From the NCBI GenBank assembly GCA_010015585.1, contig ML975173.1: a stretch of DNA of 64,000 nt. One strand, 5' to 3'. The stretch comes from Eremomyces bilateralis CBS 781.70 (Eukaryota). Under the pieces are notes generated by a model, which saw only the letters and a list, made by a program, of their open reading frames with translations, was not told the origin of the DNA and made no database searches. How positions within the stretch are numbered: the first letter of the stretch is position 1; each line of letters begins with the position of its first letter. This document shows, piece by piece, positions 10,970 through 22,641 of the stretch. The position numbers and the translations under genes were made by a program.

Positions 10970-13969
10970 GATTGCGGTTTTCGAGAGGCGACCGAGTGAA
11001 TGTTTGATGCCGTCGTTGTCGTTGTCGTTCGTTTTGTCCAGAAGCGGATGCCAGGGCTAACGTGTTGAGAAACAACTCAAACCAGAACCAAACGACGGCT
11101 TGTGTAGACTCGTCACAGGAGGTTCCAAGGCGAAAGTTACGTCGCAAAAATTGTCAAGACAATATTGCAATGTTAAGCGATTCAAACCGTGGTGGTATAG
11201 AAGGAGTTGAAGTGAGGGTGAGGAGAAGGATGGAGATTGTGTAGGCAGGGTGGAAGTGAATGGGGAATGCGACGATGGGTGAGGAGGTACTGAAGTGCCA
11301 ACTGGATGAGAGCAGGACCGACAAGTGAACAAGACGAGCAAAAAGTCGTCTGAAGTGTTAGAACGTTAAGAAAAAGAAACCAATCCCTTTCAAAGTGAAA
11401 TTTGGTGAAGAGAGAATATCTCGGAGTTGTGCTTTGGTGTTTGTTGATGATCATAAAGGTGGATGATTTGCAAGATGGGAAGGGGCGAGGGAAGGGTTCA
11501 GGATATTTGGGGAGGGCAGGAGCGACAAGATGTACGATCGAAATAGCAGGTGCGATGTGATTGGCAGATTCAGGTGACACACACCCTCTTGTCTCTCTCT
11601 CTTTCACTCTTTCACCCCCAAATGACGACGCCTCCTATTCAAATCACCCTCCAATATCCGTATTATTCAGTTATTCCCTCATTGACGGTAATACTGTACA
11701 TCAATGTAATCACATCAATGTAATCGGTACTCCCGAATCCCGATTTCCGGCGCATAGAACAGAGCACACCACCTGCTGTCTGCTGTCATCTGTCCTGGCC
11801 CCCGGGTCATCTGGAGCTGGACACTGCCAAGTGGGCTGCCCGCCCACTTTCCAACTCGTCACCTCCACAGCTCCACCACCCACACCTTGACATGATGGTC
11901 GTTCATTCGTCCATCACCCCCATCACCTCAGCACCGAGCATCGAAGTCTCCAGAATTTCCGGTGGAATGTGGAGGGCTAAGTGCGGGTATCCCAATCTAT
12001 CCGATTGCCCGTCCTTTGCCTCTGATCTCTGGATTCTGGAAGAGTGGAAGTGCAGATTGGGCGCATCCTCCCACTTCCCCATCATTGTCTATTCCCTCGC
12101 AATTCGCATGCCGTTCGGCCACGTTGCCAGTCATTGGTCGTCGTTCCTCCCGATAGGCGATAAGCCTGAAGATGGGTTTAACCTTTTCTGGCTCGCGACC
12201 TTTTGGATACCCGGAAATCGATCCCCGCAGATGGGGTTGGCGCTGAAATCTGAATACTAATGCGTCGATCTCATGAGCCTATCACGACTTGACTCCTGCT
12301 CACCTTCACATTTCGCGGGCAGGAGCTGGACTTTCTATTGCGGAGTACGGTCGGAGTCTCTGACGTCTATCGGCGCCCATGACAAACAGGCTTTAGTGCC
12401 CCGTGTCGCTGACACATCAACTTGACCTGACCTCCCCTCGCTTACCGTCATAATTCCTATGTTAATTAGTGTGTATCGATTGAAGAGCACACACTAATTT
12501 CCCTTGCATTAAATTGCCTCATGTATCGTGGATTTGATATCTGATACCAGGCGCCTTTGGGCCGAATGTCGGCCGATATCTTTAGAACTATCATGAGATC
12601 CCCCATGCTGCCAGCCACTTGCAGTCGCCAGTCCGAGATCTTCCTCGTTATCCAGTATCAACCCACCCATGGCATCGGAGCAGCCGTGCCTGAACCGTGC
12701 CGGCGGAGAAACGTGCCACTTTTGCCCATTTTCAACGGCTGTTCCGCCCCTCGCCTTCTTCCCCCTCTTCCACATCATCTGGATCGTGTACCGTGGATGG
12801 TCCCCCCGATCGCGTCGCGTACGATCGTTCCCGAGATCGGAGTGCCTTGTAGCCAATCCATCCTCGCACTCATGTCGCTCTGAACGTCTCGTCTCTTCCA
12901 TCGGTTCCAATTCGACGATAGCGACCCCATTCTCCAATTCCCTTCCATCCATCAACTGAGCGGAAAATACCGAGTAGGAAGAAGCAGTCCACCTCAGGTG
13001 ATTAGGAAGCGTCGCCATCCTGCCATGCTCGGGTCCAACCAGGAATTGATGGTAAACCATCTCGCCACCTCGTCACCTCCAGTAACCACCCGTGCGGAAA
13101 CGCGCATAATACAATACAATTGGTACAAACCATCCCTCATCCTTCCCCGCTCTCCCATCGTGCAGCGTTCCGTGCGTGTGTCCGGATGACCTCGAACCCC
13201 GCCCACTCGGTTGCAAATGAGCCAGGCCAAGTTCACCTCCTCACTTGCATGCGGTCTGGGCCATCGCTTCACAATGGCATTATCACTTACCTCAGTGATG
13301 GAACCTGCGGATTCGAACGAAACGCCACGGAGCTTGGCGACGGGGGAATCGGGATTTCCCACATGGGCCATGCATACCGTACCTCCATAATCTTTGATAT
13401 GAACTCCACGCTCCAGACTTTTAGATATACGATTCCCTGACATGGAGTGCCGGAATTCTGATGAACGGTAGGTGGTCCACATGCGTCTACGGTTGAATGG
13501 ACTCCGAGTACCTGGCGTTAGTACCCATTTGCCTATGCTGATTCGAGGTACACGGTCTGGAAAAGGAACCCCCCCCCCCTTTCCACACTCGTAGAAATGG
13601 CTCATGTCACAGGTCAGATGGGTGAAACGTAAGGAATGGTTGATTGGATACGTTCCTAGGCCGCCGTTCGGTCAGGTTGTGAGAAAGCAATGATGTTGGC
13701 TCTGACAGAAAGGGCACGCCATCGATCATGAATTGTGAGACGAGCCCATCAACCGGGCTTGCGAGAGCTTGATAAAGTCCAAAAGGTATATTTTGCTTCG
13801 AGGATTCTACTGCTCCACCCCGTTAATCCATACGCGGCGCATGCCGACCAAAATAAAGCTTTTTGCGGTGTACCATGACCTGCTAAATCGCTAATGGATA
13901 ACCTATTTCCCGTCGTACATGCCATCGCATACTCGACCTCCCATCCTCGCGGGCGAGGAAACAAGCCCC

Positions 13970-16493
13970 CTAAAACAGCCCTAGGATATCTTCCGATGTC
14001 TTCTTCTGCGCCGACGATGATGCCGGAGGCGGCGACGTCGTCGGCTGCCCACCGCTCAGATCCAGCCCCCCGAACCCATTCATTAAATCACCCGTTCCCG
14101 CGGCCGGTGCCGACGTGGGTGCTGCCCCTCCCGTCCCGTTGCCGAACAACCCCATCAAGTCGTCCATCGCATTCTGCGGCGCCGTGGACGGTGCGCCGGA
14201 AGGTGACCCCACCCGCTGCGGCGTGCCGGCCAGGCCTTCCAGCCCAGAGGAGCCGGTGTGCGGTTCTTTCTGCAGCGAGGCCGGGGCGGCGCCGTCGAAG
14301 TCGATGTCAAGGAGGTTTTCGGCGTTGGTCTGGGGTAGTTGGCCGCCGGTGACGGAGGCGACCGCGGCTGCGGCGATGGGGTTTTCGCGTTCGAGTTGCT
14401 GTTGTTCCCTGTCGTCCTGTTAGCATTGCTTATGTTAAAATGGATGGACAAATCGTACTCGATAGCGGCCTTCTGCATGGCTTCGGCCCCGAAACGGCCT
14501 TGGCCAAGAAACGCGGATGGAGGCTTATGGTAGACGGATGCGAGGGTTGAGAGTTCGGTGAGAAGTTGCTCGAGTAACGGTTGTGGTAACGATTGGATGG
14601 TCGAAGGGATGGGTGGCCGTTCGGACAGGACGACGTTCTTTGCGATTTCCGGATCGCTCGATAGCAATCTCCAGTATACGTAAGCTCGATCGCGAATGTC
14701 AGGATTGTCGTTCTCGGCGGTTGCTCGCTGGAGAACTTTCTGGACCAGTCCTTGGCTTTGGTCCGGCTTCTTCAAAAACAGTTTGACAACCGCCGTTAAT
14801 ATTTGAAGTTGTGTCTGGCAATGTTAGGAAAATCGTTCCGAGGATATGGAAGAGCGTTACCTGAGGAAACTCCTCGCCGAAACCGTCCACGAAGTTGGAC
14901 AATATGTCGCCTGCATTATTGATTTTCTCAGCATACTCTCCGATGATCCAGATCAATGAGCTCCTCGCGTTCGGTTCGTCCAAGTCATCGATGTGCTGAC
15001 ACAGCGTTGGGATGATGCCTTCGTATCCAGGATACTTTCTGAATATATCCTTGATGACCACGATGGCTTCTTGAACCACATAGCCGACTTTCATAGCGAT
15101 CAGGTCCAGTAGTACGTTCACGCACTTTTCTGTCGCGCTGGCGATCTTGATGGCAACCTGACCGATGGCCTTGACGGCCCTTCGACAGAAATCCATGTCG
15201 ACTTCCATGGCATATTCCTTCAATTCGGCAAGCAGCTGCTCCACGTTTTTGTCGTTCGCGATTCGAACCATGATCTCGAGCTTCTCCAACTTGAGGTATG
15301 GCGGGTCATTGTATTTGCAGAAAAAGACACGCATCTCTTTGCTGAGGATGCCAGGTTGGCTTTGGAGGAGGAGATCGATGTTGCGTAGAGCAACATATTG
15401 AACCTCGGGTTCCGACGATACCAGGGTAACTGCGATTCGTTAGACCGTGGGGGGAAGAAACGCATATTCTCGCTCACCTAATGGCGGGGCCATCTTCTTC
15501 AAGTACGACCGTGCAGCCTCTTGACCGATGTATCGCATGTGCAGGAAGACCACCTTCACGGCCGAGAGCACCACGCTCGGATTCGCATGCTGGAACTGCG
15601 GGACCACCCGTTCGCAGATGTGCTCCGCCTCCTTGACGTCCGCGGCTCGATACTCCGCCAGGCTCGACAAGATCGATATGCGGCCCCACTCGGTACACTC
15701 GTTGAGGGCCATCAGCATTTTCTTCAACGTGGCAGGCGTGATGATCAACGCTTTGGTTTCCGGCGATTGCTCGTGGATCTCGGCGAGCGCGGTGACCGAA
15801 TTGGCCACGACCATGGGGTTCGGATCGCCCACCAGATCCTGCACGGTTTCGATGAATCCGTTTTCGATGCACATGGGAGGGTTGAGGTCGAACAGTTTCG
15901 CGACACAGATCACCGCCGTCTTCCGAACGTATGGGGACTCGTCCCGTAGGGTTTTTCGGAGGGGTTCTTCCATGTAATCCACCATTTTGTCCACACGGAT
16001 GCATCCCATTGTCCGGACGGCGAGCGCTCTGACCAATGGGTTCGGATCTTCGGAGTCTTGGACGAACGTATTGACGGCGAGAATGCAGAGGTCGGGGTGA
16101 GATTTGGCGTAGTTCCTATAACGTGTCAGCCTTGACGATGGCATTTGATGTTCAACCTTACATGAGATATAGGTACACCAGCTTCTTCTGATCGAGGTCG
16201 CCGGTAGCAATGTTCTTTAGCACATCAGGAAACAGAGCAGATACGTCCTTCCCCAACGTCATTGCCATGATAGTTTTCTGAATAGCTTCCTTTCTATCTG
16301 GGATTAGACTGCCGCATGCCTCATTCTAGGAAGAAATCACAAACCTCTCGTGGGCATACTGAGATCTGCAACTCCATCAGCATGCGTCCATCCACACCGA
16401 TACTCGGCTTGCTTACACTAGGCCCGCCCTTAGTTCGAACGTTTCGCCCTTTTTGGGGACTTGAAACGCCCCTCGTATGCGATTTACAGCCAT
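13970..16493 (-). CDS. APL2: AP-1 adaptor complex beta subunit (7 exons: 16493-16417, 16365-16345, 16293-16162, 16115-15478, 15429-14861, 14814-14459, 14408-13970)
   Basis: [10 protein letters not shown]...[63 protein letters not shown]. Six canonical introns reconstructed. Confidence 0.93.
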
Positions 16494-17528
16494 GATGCTA
16501 ATGTTGCCCGAAGCTCACAGTACCCAACGATCGATTTCGGGAGAATAGCTTCTGTCGGTTGAACCATGCGCCGCAAAGCGGCTGGACTGTAGGGTAGATT
16601 CAGTGCGGCAAAACGTCGACAGGCGTCCAGGCGGAGGGATGGATGTCACGGGCACGTTAGCCAAGCGGATAGAGGCATATGCTAAAGTATGGACGATAGA
16701 GGAGGAGGGAAATGGATTGGAACAGGAATTCCTTCGCGGTCCAGGCTTCAAACTGGTGGAGTATCAAAGTGGATGGTGTCAACTGTCCCACTGTGTCCTG
16801 TCAAGTGTCAAGTGTTGCGAACAACGATAATGCTTGGCATAGGACAGGGATTGAGGGGAATCCTTGTATTGACTGGACGTCAACCACATCCCTAATCTCA
16901 GATCACATCCTCAGTATTTCTCAATAAATAAAGGAATCTTGCGCTGAATATCGTACATGTTTGGTACGTCGCGTACATCTTCTACAGTCTACAGCCTTGG
17001 TCCTCTTTCCCCCTCCCTGAAAACCGAAAAGCATCTCCTCATTGTCCATAATATTCCCATTCATCCCCAAGCCATCGGTTTGACCTCCTATTTTCGGATT
17101 CCCGTCTACTCATTGTTTGCTGCACTCTCCCGCCCAGCCCATCCCACAATCCTTTGATCTAAATCATCCGTCAATACTAGCCCAATGGTATGAGCCGCAA
17201 TGTCCGTCGTCTGAATGCCCTCATAACCGTGTACAGGCTCTCAATCTCCCCAATCTACGCCGATTGTTTGTGGATGCGCGGAGCGATGCGGAGGAGAGCG
17301 AATATTCGAGAAACGCTGTACGCTGACCCCACCCACCGAACATCGTCATGCTAGAAATTGCTGAATGTTGTGGAAATAGTTCTACAATCTTGTTCTCTTC
17401 ATGTCGTCCGTGGCGGTCGTCAGCATCGTCGCTCAAAGGATGACCCCGACGCGGGGGCTAGGCCGCCTGACGTGACGGGGTCGGTGGCGGGGTAAAAGAA
17501 TTAAAGAAGCCGTGCATGTCGGTCGATG

Positions 17529-17774
17529 CTATCGTAAGTTGGACCACCTGACGGGTCGAATTGGGAATGGTCGACGGGTTCCAGACCGGCGTCTCGGCGC
17601 GTCGGGGCAGCCCGAGCAAACCCAACATTGCGACGGCCAGACCGGCATCAGGATGTCTCGGCTGAGTTCCCGAGGGCACGCCCGGCGAGTTTGATAAGCG
17701 CGTTGGCAGTATCGCACGCCTTGAGGGATGGGCGTGCAGCCACACTGGTAGCCACGGAAGATGATGTAACACAT
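17529..17774 (-). CDS. Small Cys-rich protein (81 aa), putative metal-binding
   Basis: MC-x8-CGC-x9-C-x9-C-x16-CxxC-xx-C. Good start context (ccatcATG) and TATA-like TATAAG about 65 nt upstream. No signal peptide. Confidence 0.55.
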   Translation of the reverse strand: MCYIIFRGYQCGCTPIPQGVRYCQRAYQTRRACPRELSRDILMPVWPSQCWVCSGCPDAPRRRSGTRRPFPIRPVRWSNLR

Positions 17775-18196
17775 GATGGCGCGACGAAGGGAGGGAACGG
17801 GCTTCGTGGAGGGCGGGGTTGGGAATATCGTTCTACCTTATACACCGAAGTCCGCCTGCCAGAGTATATATGCTGCACAAAGGCATCCATCGCGGCCTTT
17901 GACTCTGCGAAAGGACCGAGCAAACGATGTCTACGAACCTTCCCTCGCAACGATTGACGTCCTATCTTTATACACCGAACTGATTTCCGCATGTGGAACG
18001 TCGTTGACCAACAAGCGACGCCTATATTCACCGTGCCTAATCGGGCTTGATGCTCGGGCACAAACGACGTCCGTCGCAAACTTTCCTTCAGCCTTGAAAT
18101 ACCCCCCATGCAACTGCGCCTCTTGTGGTCGAATGGTTCCCTTCCGATTGCAGGCCGTCCAACAATCCACGGCACGCAACTTTCATGACACGCCGC

Positions 18197-19312
18197 TCAA
18201 TCGGACTCTTCATCGTCGTCTTCCAGGAACGCCAAGTCTTTGAACCCTTTCGCCAACGTCCTCCCGCGCTTCTCTTTGGTCTCTTTGGTCTCGTCTTGTT
18301 CAGCCTCTTTCTTCTTGCCCCACACCTTGTTCCCCTCCGTCACCGCCTCCAGGTCGGCGGCCAACTCTCGCTGCTCCTTGATTTGCCTAGCCTTCTCAGC
18401 GGAGTACCGGCCCTCCATCCCCGCATCGCGAAGCATCTCTTTCAAATGCCCGATCTTCTCCCCTGGCGTGGCGTACGGCGCCAGCTCCCTGTGCCACAGC
18501 TTGCGGATGCCGCACTTGATGAGCCAGCCCTGCAGCCGTTTGATCTCTGACTCCTGCGACGTGGAGCCGTCGGATTTCGATTGGGCTGCTTTGGGCGCTT
18601 TGGGTTTCGTCGCTTTTGCTTTGGCCTTCGCGCCGGACTTTGCGGCCTTAGTCTTCTTCCGGGGCGGCCCATCATCGATGAGGACGGACATGTCGCTGTC
18701 GGATTCCAGGGCCGGGGCGGGCTCCGGTGAGGAATGCGAGGTGGACGCTAGCTCTTTTGGTGGGGATTCTTTCGTCTCTTCCTCATCCTTCCCTGTGTCG
18801 TCACTCTCAACATCGGAGGAGATGACGGTAGGACGACGTCTGACTTTGGACGTCACCTCACTCTTGGTCTTGGTCGACGAAGCGCCTTCATCGTCAAGCT
18901 GAACGACGAAATCAAACTCACCCACTGGCTCTTTCCGCTTCTTCCTGGGATGGTCATCGTGTTCCGATGACTTCCTTTTCTTTTTTGATGATTTTGGATC
19001 TGGCTCAACTTGATCTGGATCGGGGTTGTTCCGTTCCTGTTAGATGGTCGGCGTGAATGAGTGGCGCCTTAGTCCCGTGTCCCATGAACTTACCCATGCA
19101 GCCGTGATGACCTCTTTGCTCCGAGAATTCCAATACCGATTGCCCCTCAGAAATCCTGTGATGAGGCCTCTCTCCTTCTCGGCGGCGGTACGAATGCCAT
19201 TGACCGACACGGTGTTATCGGTGCCCTGTTCGCGGCATTGTTCGTCCACCAGTCTGATGAGCAGGTCGTCGATTTCCTTTTTCCCCTCCTCTGTTCCCGA
19301 CGGAGAACTCAT
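18197..19312 (-). CDS. HIRIP3-like chromatin/histone-chaperone-type protein (exons 19312-19094, 19036-18197)
   Basis: C-terminal IKRLQGWLIKCGIRKLW...LKEMLRDAGMEGRYSAEKARQIKEQRELAADL, acidic/Lys-rich middle. A GTAAGT...CTAAC/CAG intron joins the ORFs in frame. Confidence 0.72.
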
Positions 19313-19765
19313 GCTGTCGAATTGAGAGATGTCTCTCGCGACCAGCTGGACCGGTGGTCCTGGAGGGCCAGTACAGTCGCGGGCGACGCGACGCGTGATT
19401 CCTGACCCTGAAGTTTGGTTGCAGGGATGGAATTGATGGCAAGGTTGATTGGTCAGCGACGACTAATCGTGGTTTGGAAATAATTGAAATGAGTAAGCGG
19501 ATAGCTTAATAGTTTATCAGTGACTCTGAATTTTCATTTTTTCCTAGAACCGCAGAGAGTGAATGATGGTGTGGTGAATTGACTACAACACTTGCAGGCA
19601 GGTAGCCATGGGGTTAAGAGTTAAGACAGCGTGGACAGTCAAGTGTTGCTAGTGAGTCCAGTCAATCAAATCTGGTCGTGAGTGGCGATTGATGCCTCGC
19701 TCTCGCCTTGATGCCTTACAATCTCGAGTCCCAGCCCGTGCCCACGTGCATCCAGATCCCAGATC

Positions 19766-20012
19766 CCTCCGGTGGGGACGAAATTGAGTTACGTTTCTTG
19801 GCATTCCCCCAACCACAACTCCCACGACCTTAACTAGAACACGGCGGAGAATTCACCAAAACAGACTTCTAGTAGTCACCTAGTTAGGAAAAGAGTATAC
19901 TTTTGATATTACGCTATTTTTGAGCGAATCGGGCCTCCCTATGACGGTGGTGATGGTGGTGATGGTTGGGGGAATGCCAAGAAACGTAACTCAATTTCGT
20001 CCCCCCCGGAGG
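19766..20012. repeat. Inverted repeat: 50-bp arms 19766-19815 and 19963-20012 (49/50 identical), 147-bp spacer
   Basis: Left arm cctccggtggggacgaaattgagttacgtttcttggcattcccccaacca equals the reverse complement of the right arm except for one T/G mismatch. Confidence 0.95.
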
Positions 20013-20419
20013 ATCCTCTCATTCAGGCCACCAGGCGCCCATTCACGTTGCTCCGATGTCATCATACCTCTGCAATCACATCCCCAACTGTGATCTCAAA
20101 GCAAGAATTCGGTGCCAACAGAATCAACATCGTGATCGATCATCGTGATTGAGCATCGTGATCCCTATTCCCCTATGCCCTACCCTACCGCAATGTGCAC
20201 CTTTATTTCACGTGCAGATTTCCGCCAATTATCCTAAACATTCTCATTTTTCTTCTGTCCACTGGTCATGTTCCTTCGCTTGCTACATTCCCCCACATCG
20301 CCGCATCAAGATCCATTGATCCACTTCTGCCTTCCCTCTCCCTGGTACCACCGTTTTCCTTCGAGCTTTTCCTTCCATCGAGACCACACGATCTAGCAGA
20401 CATCCTCCATTGATCAAAC

Positions 20420-22154
20420 ATGTCTTCCCCTCCCGAAGCAGACAAAAGCAAAGAGGGCCGGCTCCTTCTCGTCTCCAATCGCCTCCCCGTCACCATTAAG
20501 CGTTCGGAGGACGGGAAATATGACACCTCCATGTCAAGCGGAGGCCTAGTCAGCGGTCTGAGCGGACTATCCAAGACGACCACCTTCCAATGGTATGGAT
20601 GGCCGGGATTGGAAGTGCCGGAGAATGAAATCGGGGCCCTCTCGCAGCGGTTGAAGGAGGAGTACGGCGCCATCCCGATCATGCTCGAAGATGAACTGGC
20701 CGACCGACACTATAATGGCTTTTCAAGTGCGTAACCCCCTCTAACCCCTACATGGATGCTAATTCCACTCCAGATTCGATCCTATGGCCCCTCTTCCACT
20801 ATCATCCCGGAGAAATGACCTTCGACGAGGATGCTTGGAATGCCTATAGCGAAGCCAACCGCCTCTTCGCGAAAGCCATTGCAAAGGACGTCAATGATAA
20901 CGACCTGGTCTGGGTGCATGACTACCACCTAATGCTCTTACCAGCAATGCTGCGCGAGGAGATCGGCGACACCAAGAAGAACGTGAAAATCGGCTTCTTC
21001 TTGCATACGCCATTCCCCAGTAGCGAAATCTACCGCATCCTGCCCGTTCGAAACGAAATCCTCCTAGGCGTTCTCCATTGCGACCTGATCGGCTTTCATA
21101 CCTACGAATACGCTCGCCATTTCCTTAGCAGCTGCTCGAGAATCCTGTAAGTCGTGTCGGCGTGTCGCCCTTTGGTGAGATGGTCTAACCTAGTTGGCAG
21201 TGGGCTACCGACCACTCCAAATGGGGTGGAATTCGATGGGCGAGTGGTCACCATCGGCGCATTCCCCATCGGCATCGATCCGGAGAAGTTTGAGGAAGGC
21301 CTCAAGAAGCCCAAAGTACAAGAGCGAATCGCAACGCTGGAACGCAAATTCCAAGGCGTCAAACTCATCGTCGGCGTCGATCGCTTGGATTATATCAAAG
21401 GCGTACCACAAAAGCTCCATGCTCTCGAGGTGTTCCTGACCGAGCATCCGGAATGGATCGGCAAAGTCGTCCTTGTCCAGGTAGCGGTTCCGAGTCGGCA
21501 AGATGTCGAAGAATATCAGAACCTACGAGCCGTGGTGAACGAACTGGTTGGAAGAATCAACGGCAAATTCGGTTCGACTCCTCATAGCTTGCGTGCTACC
21601 AACACGGCTAATACGACGACAGGCACGATCGAATTCATGCCCATACATTTCATGCATAAATCCGTTTCGTTCGATGAACTCATCGCCCTGTACGCCGTTT
21701 CCGATGTCTGCCTTGTCTCTTCCACCCGCGACGGCATGAACTTGGTCTCCTACGAATACATTGCCGCCCAGCAAAATCGACATGGTGTCATGATCCTCTC
21801 GGAGTTCACCGGTGCGGCCCAGAGCCTGAATGGAAGCATCGTCGTTAACCCCTGGAACACCGAGGAGCTAGCCGATGCCATTCACGATGCTGTCACGATG
21901 AGTGACGAGCATCGGGCGGCCAATTACGAGAAGCTCGCCCGGTATATCAACAAATATACAAGGTACGAACTCCTGGCCGGTACCGCGAAGGGCGACTCAC
22001 TGACCATTGCAGCGCTTGGTGGGGCAAGCAGTTCGTATCGGAGCTCAACCGGGTTTCGACGCAAGCAGAGCAGAGGCTCAACATTCGGAAACGATCGGAG
22101 AACGCCGATTCCGATGCCAACGCCAACGAGTCCGAACATACGGCGAGTGCATGA
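20420..22154 (+). CDS. TPS1: Trehalose-6-phosphate synthase (introns 20727-20773, 21147-21200, 21572-21622, 21963-22012)
   Basis: LLLVSNRLPVTI, SSGGLVSGL, WVHDYHLMLLP, FFLHTPFPSSEIYR, GVDRLDYIKGVPQKL, RDGMNLVSYEY, LSEFTGAA. Spliced end ...HTASA* at 22154. Confidence 0.97.
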
Positions 22155-22641
22155 AGACATGCCGTTTCAATCCCACGAGGCGCAAGGAGTAAGCATGGGA
22201 TCCGGCGTTGGAGGCAATGCGTAATGAATCAGCATGCCAACTGTCTTATCGGCAACGAAAATAGACCACTGGCGATTTTTATTTATACTTTGTAAAGGAA
22301 AAGAGTATGATGGACTAAATTCGCCTTGGAAAGGCCTTACATAGAATAGTTCTTAGAACATAACCTTTAACTTGTACCACGCAGCATATGATATATATGA
22401 GTGATGAGTAATATTCCGTTTAGATGTTGTCAAACGTCGAAACGTGAATCAACGATGGTAGATAGATGGTGATGTTTGGACCACGTGATCCGCGCGTCTC
22501 CAGCGCGTCGGTTGATAACAAACGAAACTGTAAACTTTCGATTTGCATTGCCCGCATTTCCTACGGGTCATTCCGACTCCTTCGTTAAACGCGATCTACG
22601 TACAAGACCGGGCATGCGATGAACGCGCATCTTGCTCTGCA

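Noticed and set aside
12509..13605. 183-aa and 203-aa minus-strand ORFs upstream of STB3
   Set aside because: No domain signature and composition typical of random ORFs.
21963..22224. Extended TPS1 C-terminus in the ORF track
   Set aside because: It reads through the 50-nt intron; splicing restores the conserved SAWWG segment and stops at 22154.
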